A stretch of DNA of 63,594 bases, counting the filler, from Collodictyon triciliatum (taxonomy: Eukaryota), in NCBI GenBank assembly GCA_043381765.1. It is 5 parts of 5 records of this genome, joined end to end, with 100 filler letters (N's around TTAATTAATTAA, not from the genome) between each part and the next. Parts side by side here need not be neighbours in the genome. Positions count along the whole stretch, not along the records: positions 15,477 to 34,278 come from JBHJMP010001337.1; positions 34,379 to 53,176 come from JBHJMP010001338.1; 3 more parts are not named here. One strand, given 5' to 3'. The position numbers and the translations under genes are program-made. The notes below the pieces were generated by a model. That model saw only the letters and a list, made by a program, of their open reading frames with translations. It was not told the DNA's origin and did no database searches. Numbering within the stretch: the stretch's first letter is position 1; each line of letters opens with the position of its first letter. Positions 23,175 to 47,400 of the stretch are shown in pieces.

Positions 23175-24181
23175 CCTTTTGATTTCGCTTGTTTCCTTTT
23201 GCTCCCAGCCCGGGATTTCCGACAGAATAATGATAAAAAAGCACGCAATACCCAACACACTCACATGGACAAAGACATAACACCGAGATTCGCTAAAATA
23301 CATCGATGACTTTGAGTTGAAAACATCTCGGAGACGGGGCACAGGTGTGGTTTTTTCGGATTTGAGTGTCCGATTCAGGGTATATCTGGAAAATACTCAA
23401 AAAAAAATAAAGTCTGTTTATAAATCACATCGATGGACATGTTTTAACAAAATATGTGTGCATTTTGTATGCATTCTCGAATCCAAGCTAGATAATGGGA
23501 TAACATCAGCGTTGGCAGGCGTTCCTTCTTTTTATACAGATGCAGTGTCCGCAGGTATTTCAAAGGTGCAGGTTTGTAAGCGATCCTGCGTTGCCGCTCC
23601 CAACGCCAAGTCCCCTTATCGCACCAGTTAATACCGTTCTCTTTGCGCGTTGTGTGATGAAATAGGAGTATCACTGGTAACAAGTTATTAGTCTTTTTTG
23701 TCTCTTCTCTTATCAGCCTGTCGTTGCGTACCCTTGTTAGAGACCTTTTGGTTAGCTCTCAACTTGAGCTGCCTCAACCAAGGTTGCCGGCCTGCCTATT
23801 ATCCATTTTTCCGGCGTTATAATGGTATGTTTTCCCATGGTTTTCCCGTCTACTGTAGTAAAGCGGTTGATCTGACTTTGCTACAGATCCTGAGGACTGA
23901 TTTTTCTCTCCAATTAATCTAACAAATCGAGCAGCCTTTCTACTTATTCACTTATATATTCACCTAATTAGTTATCCTTGATTTATTTACGTATTTATTT
24001 GATTAGTTAATTATCCAATTAGGGTTATTTCTTATTCGTAGCTTTCCAAGATTTTTTTTAGATAATATCTTATTTTTTAAAAAGAAACAATACCTCAGCT
24101 CATGGTAGCAGCTCGTTTCCATCATGATATATTATAAAAATCAATATCTTTGCACAGCCAATAAAAACAGGAAAAAAAACA

Positions 24182-24348
24182 TGAAAAAACAGAGAAAAAC
24201 AGAGAAAAACAGAGAAAAACAGAGAAAAACAGAGAAAAACAGAGAAAAACAGAGAAAAACAGAGAAAAACAGAGAAAAACAGAAAAAACAGAAAAAACAG
24301 AAAAAACAGAAAAAACAGAAAAAACAGAAAAAACAGAAAAAACAGAAA
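24182..24348. repeat. (AGAGAAAAAC)n / (AGAAAAAAC)n minisatellite
   Basis: Direct reading. Confidence 0.95.
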
Positions 24349-26105
24349 ATAATAGGAAAGTAATTCAATAATGCAGTGAATTGAATAAATTCATGCCAAA
24401 TCACATGACGGTGAGGTATGCTATGATCTTGTCTCAGGGAAATTCTTGAAGTTAATAGGATACTTTTCTTTTACGAATACAGCTTACATATTTTGCACTT
24501 TGTTTGCACATAACCCTTCACTTTATCGTTTAAGTGTTTATCCTCCCTATATGTATTATGATTATCTGAATTATTAATTGTGATATATTCCCTCTTTTTT
24601 AATCATAGGATTATCTTTTCAAGATGGGTTTCATCCGCGAACACTATTTTATCCTTCAAAATGCATCGGGTTTAGTAGTGGTTCCATAAAGCATTTAAAC
24701 GTATGCATTTTTATTTCTTGTCCATGAACGGGAAGATAGGTATTGCAGCACAACTTACTGCCATGCGATGTATTTTATATATATCTATTTTTCTTTTCTC
24801 CTCTCATCAATAATCAAACTGTTTCACTAAATTTATTGATTATGTTCAACATTAATATTGGGATTAGATGCATATATTCTTGTTTGTACTATTCATCCAT
24901 TTGGTTGGGCTATTAAGTTCCTTACCTTTACTTCGTAGATTGGTTAGAAAAGCAATAGGATGTTGATAGTGGTAGATTTTCCTTCCTTCTTGCTTCCAAT
25001 CCTCATGTGGACTTTATCAGACTATCATTTCATGGTCCTGATATTCCTCTTTAGATACGTATTTTCAAGGACGGTACAACTATTGCTCTTTTATATAAAG
25101 AAGTAGAATTATCACACCACTTTATTATAAATATAAATGCTTGATTAAGCACAAACTATGTTTTTATAAAAATGTATGCAAGTAAAATATCAAAAGAATT
25201 TTCAAACCCTAATTCATTGATGTTAATTTTTTCCATCATCCATCTCATACATCTTACCGTACCAAACCACATATACAAAACTCAAAAAAAAAAGTATCAC
25301 CAAAAGAAAAGTGGGAGAAGCAGTTTCGCTTTCTACATATTTGTTCCATTGTTTAAATCATATATAAATATTTATCTAATAAAAGGTATACTTAACCCTC
25401 AACCCGGGAATTGTTTTTTACGATGTTTAACTGGTAACTCATTTGATCTAAATGCAAGTGTTACTCGAGACAGGATTTTTTAACAAGTGTCTATGAAGCT
25501 CTGCATTTTCAAAAATCACACTTATTAATCGAGCTTATCCTTTTATTTTATCAGCTCCAAAAGCATATACGTCGATGTAGTATTGACCTTATCAACTCTT
25601 TCTCATCAATGTTACAGCACAGAAAAAAAAAGAAACTTATATATTGATATGAAAAATAGTACCTGAGTGAATAAAAGTATGTTAATACAAATTTTATTAC
25701 TTCAATTAAATACATACTGAGTGATTTTTCTTTCATGTAGTTTTTATGTTGTCCATATAACAAAATATTTCATAAAAAAACATGTCGACACTTAGTTAAG
25801 GATGGTTTGTCTATTAAAATTAAATAATAATGTCAAACTATTCTATCGTGAATTTTGGTAGTACCTTTACATTCAATTGAGACAGAAAGCAATAGAAAGG
25901 ATATATTAATTGAAAGGAAGAATAAAAGAAAAAGAAAAATGGAAACGCCACATTAAATTATTATCGTGATTCGGAAATAAAATGACAATGAAACGAACAA
26001 CGCCATTTAGTGCTCATATTCAAATGATATATTTTCTGGTATTTTAATGCTTATATTTTTTTTTACTATATTTTCACTGATGAAATACTGACAAAGTACC
26101 TCTAG

Positions 26106-32278
<6,173 letters not shown>

Positions 32279-34278
32279 AACATCCACGCTCAACCCTTTA
32301 AAATCCCTTTGAATATAGGTATGGCTTCCTATGATGATTTTTTATTCTGAAGCGGTTTTTTTCACCCTCCCGAGATGTGTTTTAGTGCAACCTCATCCAC
32401 TTTTAGGGTGGTTTATGGATCTGGCAACTCTGCATGCTATTTATTTATTTATATTTTTTTTTTTCATATCCCACGCCGCCGCAATTTTACTACACTAGCA
32501 AGTCTCTTTTATTTATGAGAATGCGCGTTAATCTTCGATGACTTCTTTAATTTGCAAATAGAGTATGGAGATATACTACTCATATATCACGATTAAAAAG
32601 AGCACGAAATCGAAACACAATTTGAGAGTTCAACAAAGACATAATTGTTTCCTGGTTATCCCCACCCACTCACCGGGTGTTTTCATTATTTCTTTAAAGG
32701 GGTCGATTAAATCAATATCATGTCATAAAACTGGCACTAATTTGACTTGTTACTTACAAATACTGCAAGCATTCTTTTGTGCGCATTTGGTTTAACCCAC
32801 ACTTGATTTATAGAGACGAAAGCGAATTCACAAGCAGCAAGAAAGTTTGTGTATGTAAAGCAGTATTCTTAAAATTGACATAAGGTTGTACCCTCCTAAA
32901 TCACTGAAGAATAAAAGGAGGGGCATATTTTGAATTGAAGTTTCGCAACAAAACTATATCTCTTGAAAACCTCATCTCAGGAAAAAACCAATCTGTTTCG
33001 GATAACCTGGAATGATTTTTTTGTTTTTTGTTTTTTGTTCAGTAGCTATTCCAAGTCACCAACCACAATATTTAGATGGTTTAAGTAGGACTATAAATCA
33101 GCAAGATTTCTTGCTTTCGTTTCTTCGAATAGAAAAAATAAGGCATGAAAACAGAAGAGAAAATAACTTGGGAATTGTCATAGGGGATTTGGTTACCGGT
33201 TTTGATCCCATATTGACCAACGCCGCAGGTTTTGATGCCTCCTGAGCCTTCCATGGCTTTGCCTGCAGCTCATTCTAGATTTAAGTTTCGTTTAATATCA
33301 TGAAAAGAAGCATCTTACATATGCACATATCTGGGTTTTCCTTGGATGTTCATTATGCTATAGGTAATTACCGAGTCTGCATCTCCCTCAAAAACATTGA
33401 AAGTGGCTGGTCTCTCGCTGAACTCAAACTTTTCAGATTCATTGAATTTTTTTTAATATATACTCTATGTTATGACGTTCGGTAGAACATTCAAAAAGCG
33501 CAAATGGATTGGTGAGAGTTAATACTTCATCTTCGGGGCCGAGATGAGCGACAAGTGAAGCGAGTGGGCGATGGGGTGCTGTTTGGAAATTAATTCAGTA
33601 AAATTTGAGAACTCTATTTCTTGGAACCTTGCGCACGCTCAAAACTTGGATAGTAATACAAAATCAATTAAAAATGTGATTGACTACGCGTCTGTAATAC
33701 TGAAGATTAGCTATTGATTTACCAGAGTGTATATTTCGGTGTTTTCTCGCAACCTGAATTATGGCTGTTCGAAGTTCCTGAAATTTTTGTGAAAATAGTT
33801 GCTTATATGTGATGCCCGTAGGAATTTGAGTTTTCTATCCTTACAAAAGGCTACCTTCATAAGAGCAGGTTTCAATTTTTTAAGATACGTCTCTATGGAG
33901 CGGCCCGCTGATTCATATACTAATTTGCACGTTAACATAAGGTTTTGTGTCTGTAAATTATATTGCATGCGAAAGGCATGAAAACGTACCCCCATTTCTT
34001 TTATAATATATATAGCCTTTTGCTTTTTGCTTTTTGTTTGAAGGTCACATGAATTTAATATCGCTTATCACACAAGTGAGGGAGCATGCAAAGCATAATC
34101 GTCTTACTATGCAGTGTAATATCAAATGCAGATTTCCGCACTTTCCCATTCGGACTTTGGAATGTATTGATAACAAAACTCATAACCGGCTATGAGTAAA
34201 ATAATTTTTATTATAAAAACAAAAAAACAACAAAAAAACAACAAAAAACAAAAAAAAAACAAAAAAAAAAAAAAAAAA

Positions 34279-34378
34279 NNNNNNNNNNNNNNNNNNNNNN
34301 NNNNNNNNNNNNNNNNNNNNNNTTAATTAATTAANNNNNNNNNNNNNNNNNNNNNNNNNNNNNNNNNNNNNNNNNNNN
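34279..34378. other. Artificial contig linker N44-TTAATTAATTAA-N44
   Basis: Same 100-bp linker. Confidence 0.97.
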
Positions 34379-34567
34379 CCCCCTCCCCAATCAAAAACTC
34401 ATAAAAAAAAAAGAAAAGAAATCCCTTATCTTGCACGAAATGAAAAGGAGAAAAATAAATTCCTTAAAAGATTAGAAAATAAAGTTTATCTTTAATACAA
34501 CTGCCAATAGATTATGATATTTTTCTTTTATATATTCGAAATAAGTCAATGGGGGGAAAATAAAAAC

Positions 34568-36843
34568 CTCCCGCCAAGGTCTTCAAACAGATTAAGTATT
34601 TTGAAGTCGTTCGATGACGGCTTCGGGTTTCCAATCAAATCAGCCAGCAAATTGAGCTCAGCGGTGGCCATTCGGGAGTCCGCTGATGGGCGAGAATACT
34701 GGACATTTCGGTTTTTTTTTTAAAAAAAAAAACATATGAGAGTAAGCAATGGAAATAAGCAGCACTGAGAAAGACTGAAGAGGAAAATAAAAAAAAATTA
34801 GGCCGCAGATTCGATGACATACAGCTGAAGGCTCGTGGCTGTACTGGTGGTCCTCTGAATAAAAAATAAAATAAAATAAATGAATAAATAACGCATTCAT
34901 TAAGACCTCATAAAGCATCATAACTCTAATACGATGGTTGTCGCCACACAATTATATTGTTTTATGATAAAAAAAGAAATCCTAGAAATCCTAAAAATAG
35001 AAAAGTTCAAAGATATACCTCTCTGAGACTCAAGTGGCGAAAATGGCATCTTGTGATGCCCGGCGTATCTAGCAACATGTTTACGTTTGTACGTTCATAA
35101 AAATAGCTTTAGACCAATAAAGGGGAAAGTGATAATATGATATAATAACAAAATGATTTGATATAGTTATTATTATTATTGTTGTTGTTTTTGACATCGT
35201 ATACTCATATAAATCATACAAATTCATTCCTAAGGTGGATTCATATCCAGGAATGTGTGGTTTTGCAGGTCCTTGGTATGGGAAGTTACATATTTCCACA
35301 ATGCTACCAGAGTCGTCATAAAGCCTTAAAAATTAATCATCGTGTTAATGGCTGCTCATTAAATCCATATAGATCCCGTGGCATCGTAAAAATATTGGCA
35401 GGAGAGTAAGGGATAGAGGAGACAATCATCCAAAATAAATGGGGGGGGGGGGGGGGGAAAAAACACTGCAACAAATTAAAAGTGGTATGATGAAAACTTG
35501 ATCGATCCAGGGAGTTCAATTTCAGCTGGAAGGATGGGCGATGGGTCCAAAACAATGGAGCCATCTTTATTCTGTAATCCTTCCTGTAGAAAGAGTGAAA
35601 CCTTGGAGGCAACAGAACGTTTAGACCTCCTTGTAGTGCGCATTATGTATATGATTGTGTTCATAACATGGGATATTCACCCCAATATACCTTTTTCTTT
35701 TTATTTTAGTTCGACTTTATAATTTATGAGTAATGGAGACAAATGTACCATAATATGTAGAAAAATTTCATGAGAGTGTATCAAGCACCTTAATCCTTCG
35801 ATTCAAGAAAAACTGCAGAAGAGTTTGGCGCAAAAGGCTGAACTCACCGTTGTTGAGGGTGGAATATTTCTGTCAAAATATTAACACAATGACCATGAAT
35901 TCTAAAGTATATAGTAAAATTGACTCGATATTATAGAGTTGATTTGAAAGTATAATTCATACTTCCTTCATAGTCTTTCGAACAGCCTCAATGGTTTTGG
36001 AAACCTCAGAGTCATTCACCAATTCAATCATGCTCTTCAAATGATTGTCGGTCACCGTCAAAATTTCCTGGTGGCAGAATATTACTTTTAGAAGGCTGAA
36101 TCAAGCTGTAATTATCAAATCAATAGGCTCACCTTGGGTGTGCGGCTTCGAATTATTTGAAGTTTAAATCCCATGGTCATCAAATCATACAACTATGCAA
36201 AAATAAGAAAAAGAAAAAGATGCGCTCTGAGTAAATTATATTTCTTGGTCAAATAATGATAATCATATATATATATATATTTGTGGTAAAAATACAAAAA
36301 AAATATGAGAATGAAAATGGAGAATGGATGCTTCTTTGATTTTACGGAGCCATTAAAAGAATAAAATATTGGAAATTGATTGACATAGCCAGATAGAGGA
36401 GTACCTTTTCCATGGAAGATTCACTTAGTCTCATTATCGATGAATGAGCCAAACGGTCAAAAACAGTTCGTACTGAAGAGTGAGAATACATTTCTTGAGG
36501 ATTGAATAGCTCATCCACAAAGTGAGGCTTCAGCATTGTCTTAACAATGTCTTGCATGACTACGACGATAGTTATGCGTGCATGTTTAAAAGATAGGTTC
36601 AATTGAAAATAAAAAGAAGGTTGTTTGTTAGTTTATCATTCATAGGGCACTGCAATGTCTATATTTATTATTATTATTATTATTATTTTATCTACTGACT
36701 ATGTGCAGAAACAAGTAAGACAAAAATTAACCCTTGTGCCCCTTCTCAGGTGGAATATTTTGCGCTAGCAGGCGATGTTGGAGGATATAAAGCATTTCTC
36801 CCCCAAGGTTCAAAAAGGCGATCGGCAGGGCGTAGAGCGACAT
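34568..36843 (-). CDS. OSCP1: OSCP1 (organic solute carrier partner 1) homologue; 3' end probably lost at contig end
   Basis: MSLYALPIAFLNLGGEMLYILQHRL...VFDRLAHSSIMRLSESSMEK-LYDLMTMGFK...VSLFLQEGLQNKDG...ELNLLADLIG matches the recalled OSCP1 family N-terminus (LNLGGEMLYIL, RLAHASIM, LYDLMTM). Confidence 0.92.
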
Positions 36844-37505
36844 TGTCTTGAAGTGGGTTTAGCAAAAACATGAACGATAAGTAAAGCAAAAGAGTGAAGA
36901 AAAGAGAAAGAAAAGAGAAGAAATGTAGAAAAGAAAGAGTGAAGAAAAAGAAGAAAAGCTGAAATAGAAAAAGAACAAGAGGAAAAGTTGAAAAGGAGAA
37001 CATGAAGAAAAGAAAAGGAGAGAAGGGAAAGAATAGAATGAGTCTGTGTCTCGCTTGTTCGAAGAGAGGGACACACAGCACCAGACAAGGCAAGTCGCCC
37101 GGCTTGATCGCGGCAGAAAAATGATGAACCTCCCAATCTCCAGTCCCTTGGTTCTTTCTGGCCGAATCCACAGAAAATGAAATTTTAATTGCAAACATCA
37201 ATCCACATATCTGGAAATTATAACAAAATGAACTCGGATATTAAATGCAGCCACAACACAGCTAATCTGTCTCGCTAAATTCATGTGATTTTGAATGCCC
37301 ACTGGATGGTACATCTCAGTTGATTCGCATCGTGCCTTTTCCTAATACCAGCCCTCTTTTTCTAGTCCCGTTGATTACTTTTATTTTTTCTGCACGAGAG
37401 AACACTCAAAATGAACTTTTCCCTTTTCTAACGAGGCTTGTTTGAATGACTCCGTCATGATGGATATAGGTAATGCCGTTTTATTGGTCCTCGACTTATC
37501 TCCGT

Positions 37506-40871
<3,366 letters not shown>

Positions 40872-41393
40872 CGACGCAGACCACGTTCCTGTGAATTATG
40901 ACTTAACGGGTTGGCAGACGCCTGGAGAAAATCATGAGAGTTCTTGCATATCTTCTATTTGCCAGTGTATCCAAGCCATATCCCACGCTTCTGCAAGCAC
41001 TTAACACCCGACTTGGCTTTGACTTTCGGTCTTTATTCGATGCGTTTCTTGGGTGTGTGGATTGAGTGATTGCAACTCTTTATTGATTGATCGGTCGATC
41101 GAAAATGTGGATAATTCATTGAAATTATTCATATTTGTTTCCACATATATACAAATTAACAAACATCTTTACGAACTACCGGAAAAAAGGGCGAACAGGG
41201 GAATTAGCCGAAGGAGATTCCTAGTGCCATTTTTGAGCTTCATAATTGCTTTTTGCCTTATTATCAAAAAGCTAATGCGAAACTGTGTAAAATTCATCGG
41301 TTTCGATAGTTAGAACATCAAGATAAAAAAAACTGAAAATATATCCACAATTATCGAGACTCCAGCCCGGCAAAGGCAAAAATATCAAGGTGA

Positions 41394-41476
41394 TGACAAG
41401 AGTGGGATTTGAACCCACGCCCACAGAGTAGACTGCGACCTGAACGCAGCGCCTTAGACCGCTCGGCCATCTTGCC
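41394..41476 (-). tRNA. tRNA-Leu (anticodon CAG), intronless, long variable arm
   Basis: GGCAAGATGGCCGAGCGGTCTAAGGCGCTGCGTTCAGGTCGCAGTCTACTCTGTGGGCGTGGGTTCAAATCCCACTCTTGTCA: acceptor stem, D loop, anticodon stem CTGCG/CGCAG and T loop all pair. Confidence 0.97.
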
Positions 41477-42952
41477 CTTCTTAATAATAAAAATAACCAA
41501 TATATTATATATCCTCATTTATTATCTTCTTTTGGAATTTACTCACTCATCCTGTTTTTGCTTTTTGCATAGCTAATATAATCAGTTCCTCCGTTCCCAA
41601 CACGGTGTGACATTCCCTCCCTTTGGTAGCAATCCTTTTCTCGTCAGAGGGTGAGCCTGAAACTCTGTAGTGGAAAAAAAAAACTCTTACTTCATCGGCC
41701 TGGAAGAAACAAGGCAACCATGCCGGCATAGAAACTGGGAGGCGACGCGCCACTCTTTGTGAATAGCATGAGAACATCAGGCAGTACATACAGCGAGATC
41801 TGGCGTTAACGTGTCGCCCAGGAGAAGAGGCTTTCTTCTTACTCTGAAAATTCTCATATTCGTCATGGTTACCTTTCGATATGTTTCCACAAAGCCCACC
41901 AGTGCGGGTCAAATGGCTATGCATGCGTTATTTACTCTCAGATTACAATTAATTAAGCTCTCGTCTGTTGAATGAGGCAGGGCTAGTCTAGAGTTTATGC
42001 AGTCTTTTTCCTCTCCCCAAGAAGTCCCCTTGAAACGACCGATGCAGCACTTGTTAGAAGCACGGGTTCTCCGTCATCCTCCAAGAAACTAGTAGGTTCA
42101 CCATCTCCACTACCAACATTTTTTCGTGTATCATCGTTTCATAAAATAATCAAATAATTAACCGTGAGACAAAAACTCCATCGCACTCTTGACCTATCAT
42201 CTCGTTAGCTTCAGCGATTCCGAACAAACGGCTGTCGCCTTTGTCTTTTTTCTCAATATGCCTTCCATGCAGAATTCTCACAGCACATTTATATGCGCTT
42301 TGGATTCATTGACTATGGGAAGCAGAAGCATGAAGCTCCCTCCAATCAAACTAACTGCATTCGGCTCAAGTCGTCGTCATCACGGCGATATGTATGTCTT
42401 GATGTAAATATTTTCATCCCAATACATATATCATAAAGAACGACCAGATAACTTTTTGGATGTAGTGAAATTGATGGGGTTTTTGTCAATAGGCCGACTG
42501 TCATCACAATACCAGGCAATGTCCCCTTGACATGTACTGGGCCTATGACAAGCAGCCAATAGATTGGATGGGGCACAACACTTCCGGGTAAAGATTTCCA
42601 CACCGAATGGCCAAAAAGCTGTCGTGAAAGCGGAGTTCTACCGTAGCAGGGGCATTTCAAACTAATTCCTAGAATTAGACCGAAATGTGCATTCCTTTCG
42701 ATTTTGTTATCGCCCTTGTGGGTTGCTGCAGGAGATATTTATTGTGGTTCGAAAGCTTGAAAAGAAATATTCAAACTGTGTGGGGAAATCTATTGCTAGC
42801 ATCCCTTCCCTTCTTTCAGTGATCAAATATAACCTCGAGGGGTAAATACATGTCTTCAATGCCCAAGTTGAACAATCAAAGAAAAAATATTAGTGATCCA
42901 TCCATGAACCCACAACAGTTCATCATTCACATTTTCTTTGCATGTTGCTGAT

Positions 42953-43047
<95 letters not shown>

Positions 43048-43048
43048 C

Positions 43049-43123
<75 letters not shown>

Positions 43124-43130
43124 CTCTCTC
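42953..43130. repeat. (TTTC)n microsatellite
   Basis: Direct reading. Confidence 0.96.
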
Positions 43131-44485
43131 TTAAATCACTGTCAATTGATTTACGTAGCAATTTTCTTTCAATTATGTATGAGTCATGCTCAATCCTAGA
43201 CTCAGTCGTTTGTTAGTTTCTGGATTACGACTTTGTTGTCATGGTTGATGATGTTTCGTTTTGGGCCTGTTCATCCTATCTTTTATTCCTCTTACTGTCA
43301 TCGTTTTCATTCTCATATAAAACTTGCATTTCAAAACTATGAATACGAAATGAAGAACGATATGTCCTTATCGTCGTCCACTCACATCTTATTATGATGG
43401 TACCTATCATAAATGAAAATTAAAAAGGCCATGTAATACACTTCTCCCAAGCCTGAAAAGGAGTTATAAATCTTCTGTTTAGATTTTAGCAAATATATTT
43501 CGGATACATCTGGCGTGGTCAGTAATTTAGCATGAGAATAGTGATTTTGGAAGAAGATAATTCAATTTTTTTTAATAAAATATATTTTCTATATACCCTC
43601 CTTCTCCCCCTATGAGAGCGTCAATAAGGCAATTACATCACAGAACCAGTGTGTTACTTTATTATTACTCGTGAATATCACATTTTCTAGAGTCTCCAAA
43701 ATAGTGACGTCCTCGACTTTGTCAATTATCTTTGTAATGGTGAAAGTGTATTAAGGTCATCTTTTCCAGGATGAATGGAAATAGCCCTACAGGTTATAAG
43801 GAATCCCGAAATTCCTCTCGAAACAACGTATATAATATTACGTGATATAATCTTCAACCGCTGTTTTAGCCAAAAAAAAAAAATTGGACAGATACTCAGC
43901 ATAAGTAAACTAAGCAGGCGCAATTTTTTCTTGAAGGATAAAGGATTAGATAAATGCCGTAATTCATGATTGCGTCTCTAAAACAAAAAAAAAAAATGAA
44001 TTGAGATTAATTCCATCAATTTTAGAGTATTTGAATCAAATAAAGGGGGAAATCAATAGCTATTGTCTTCTATTTACAAGAGAAATGCATGGTAATCAGT
44101 TTATATAAAAAATAGCCTGCATGGTAGCTATCTTTTTCGCCTTCCTCTCATTCCGAGCCAAGTCATAGCAAAACAAAAAAAAATGAATATGTATCTCTTG
44201 GGAGTGAGTATGCATAGTAATATATGTTAAAAATATGTCAATTATATAATAAAATAAGATAACAATATGAGCCTCTTAGATGCTCTTACCAGGAATTCTT
44301 TCGCCCATATCCCTCTCTCCCACCAAATAAATCTACACCGACGTGCTTTTACGCCGAATAAATGCACCGAGCGGACAACCCAAGCCGCGACCGAAGACAA
44401 CCGCGAATGTTTTGTGAGGCCATCCGTTTTCTTTCCAGATTCGTTTATTTTCTTTTTCTGGAGCCGAGGGTAGAGCGGGCAGATT

Positions 44486-47400
44486 TTACGCGCCCTTGAA
44501 CAAAAGGTTGCGGAAGTCGCTGTTCGACAAAGGTGTCTTCTTCGAGTCCACGGCACCGACACCAGCCATTTCGATGTTGGAGGGGTTGTCAGATGCATCG
44601 CTTGACTTCAGGACGATCTTTTTCGCTTTCACAACAGATGACGGAACCATAAACGCCCTTGGCTTTGGCCTAAATTATTCATTTCGATATAAAGAAAAGA
44701 AAAGAAAAGAAAAGAAAAGAAAAGAAAAGAAAAGAAAAGAAAAGAAAAGAAAAGAAAAGAAAAGAAAAGAAAAGAAAAGAAAAGAAAAGAAAAATAAAAA
44801 ATTAGTAAATAAGTAAATAAGATCAGGGTATGGAATGGAAACATGCATTTGCAGTTTCTGCGAGGCTGCCTGGACATATTTCAGAGAAAAGCGCACTGTC
44901 ATTACACGGAAATGGTATTTGTTATGGAACGCAGAGGCATAAGGGGCGGAGCACAGGGGCTTACTTTTCTTCGCTTGATTTTTGTAAAGAAGTTTGGGCG
45001 TGTGCCTTCTTTTCCGTTTGCTTTCGGGATTTCTCCTCTTCGTTCTTTTTTGGGTCGGATAACGCCACCTCTAGTTTTCTGCCTTTCAAAGAATAGCCGT
45101 GCAGAGAAACAGCGGCTTCTGCTTCTTTCTGTTGTTGACAATAGGCTTTGGTTAGAACCATTTAATAAGAGCAATTTTTGAATACACATTTGGCTAATTA
45201 TTATTTATCATATAGTTGAATTGAATAAAGGGAAAAAAACATTTATCATATAGTATTTATCATAAGATTCCATAATGTTCGCTGAATTGCATGAAAAGCC
45301 GTGGATGGGAAAAAAAAAACATTGAATGGTTCATTAGATAAATATTTGACTACAAAATTTTTTTTTTGGTATAAAACGTAATATATATCTGATTTCATGC
45401 TGGGCCAAAGCAATATATATGAACCAGTGGGTGTTGATAGAAAGGAAACAAGAATAAAGGGAAATTTTGTAAGAGAAGTACTTCTGTGGAGTATTCGACG
45501 TAAGCAAATCCTTTGTGTGTTCCTTTGTGGCCACAAATCAATCGGATTTCCTTGATTGGTCCAAACTAAATATGAAAGCAAGATCACTTTATGAGTGATA
45601 TGTGCTTGATGTAAAATAAGCAAATATATTTATACCAAGATTGGTAGTGAATAAATTTGACACGCCGCATAATATATGCAATTCACAAGGCACACCTGGT
45701 TGAAAAGGTTCTCCAGGTCACGCTTCGTCGCAGAAAAATCAATATGGCGAACAAAAATGGTAGATTTATCAGAATACCTAGAGTAAATGTAGACTATTAA
45801 GTTTATAAAATTGGACTTGAGTTGCTCCATAATGCTAATATTCGGTCTCAAAATAAGGATATATATATTTGTTCAAATATCTTTCATGAGTTTACTCTGG
45901 CTTCTTCATTCTTGCATTCAAATCCACTTGCCCGACATTCCTCTCTTGGTCTTCTCGTTTCAGTTCTAATACGTTGTTATGTTATATAAAGAATAAATAA
46001 ACAAATAAAGAGATATATGAAAAAAAATATAATGCAACGATAATTCAAGAGGCGGTATCAAAGTTCAAAGATTTCAAGTATATATTTAAAAGTAAATAAT
46101 ACTTGCGTTTATAAGATTATAGAAGAAAAGTATGTGAAACTATTACAAGTGTGTGTATGTGTGTTTTTTTTATTACCTGACGTATCGGATTCCTTCCTCT
46201 TTTTCGGCAATGGTGCGGCAAATCCTTTCGTATCTTGCATTTGAAATATGAAATTGAACAGAATGATTTTTTTTTATATATTTCTCTACCCCATTGGAAT
46301 CAAAGGCATAAGTTGTTCAATAAATAATGAGTGTGGTCTATTTGATTATGGAATTACCTAGTGTTCTCTTAGGCCCATCGTGGCTTTGGGTATTTGTAGG
46401 CCCTTTTTGTAAACCCTTCGCCGTCAAATTACTTAAAGTGGGTTTATCCATGATTTTCTGAATAATTAGAGAGGAGAAAAAACCGTTCATTTAAAAAAAA
46501 ATCCAAAGATTTTATTCACGGTTTAAAAATACTCTCACTCGGGTGTGAAGCGAGTCTCTGTAAGTAAGAATTAATATTGAAAGAGCATTCAACGTATCCA
46601 GATATCCAGATATATATATATATATATATTATACGAGAATTGAAAGTAGGAGAATTATATAGGTCTAACTCTAGGTTTTGTTGTTGCTGTTGGTTTCGTC
46701 GCAGCATCATTATATTTATCGAGATAATCTTGTTGTCTCTGGTTATATTTTGCATAGGTATCATGAACCACTTTGGATGCCTCTTCCCACTAATATATAT
46801 CATTATCATGCTCGTATCAAAGCTTTCATATGCGGTAGATATACCGCCAATAAGACACCATAATAAATATGGGTTATAAGTTTTATACTTGCTGCAAAGA
46901 TCCGCTTTCTCTCTCAAAATCAATCCAGTATGCACCCAATGCATGAGGTGTATCCAGTTCGCTTTTCAAAGCCTTCTGGAGAATATCTCTGGTTTTTTCG
47001 CTATCGCCTAGCAACCTGAATTATACATGAATATTTGTATATGACAAAAAAAAAGCATGTCGATTGAGGATATAATGAATCAATTCGAAAGATATTGCAC
47101 AAATTTTTTTGAAGATGTAAGTCTTAAGATATAGAATTATCTATTAAATCAAGAAAAAAAGGAAAAAGACAGAAAACCTGTGATGTTGCGCACAATTCAT
47201 CCAAATATCGGACAAGTAAGGTGCAAGTTCTAAAGCGTGAGTCCAGGATATTGCGGCCGTATCAAGGCTCGAAAAGACATGGATCTGACGTATCGATTAA
47301 TGATGAATTTTTTGTTTATCCAAATACGACCTTAGAATCAGTTATAGACAAGATTAAAGATTATATTTTTTTTGTACCTCAAAATCTCCCCATTTTCTGT

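Noticed and set aside
22497-23283. Minus-strand ORFs of 100-213 aa
   Set aside because: Antisense shadows of the GC-richer NHL exon.
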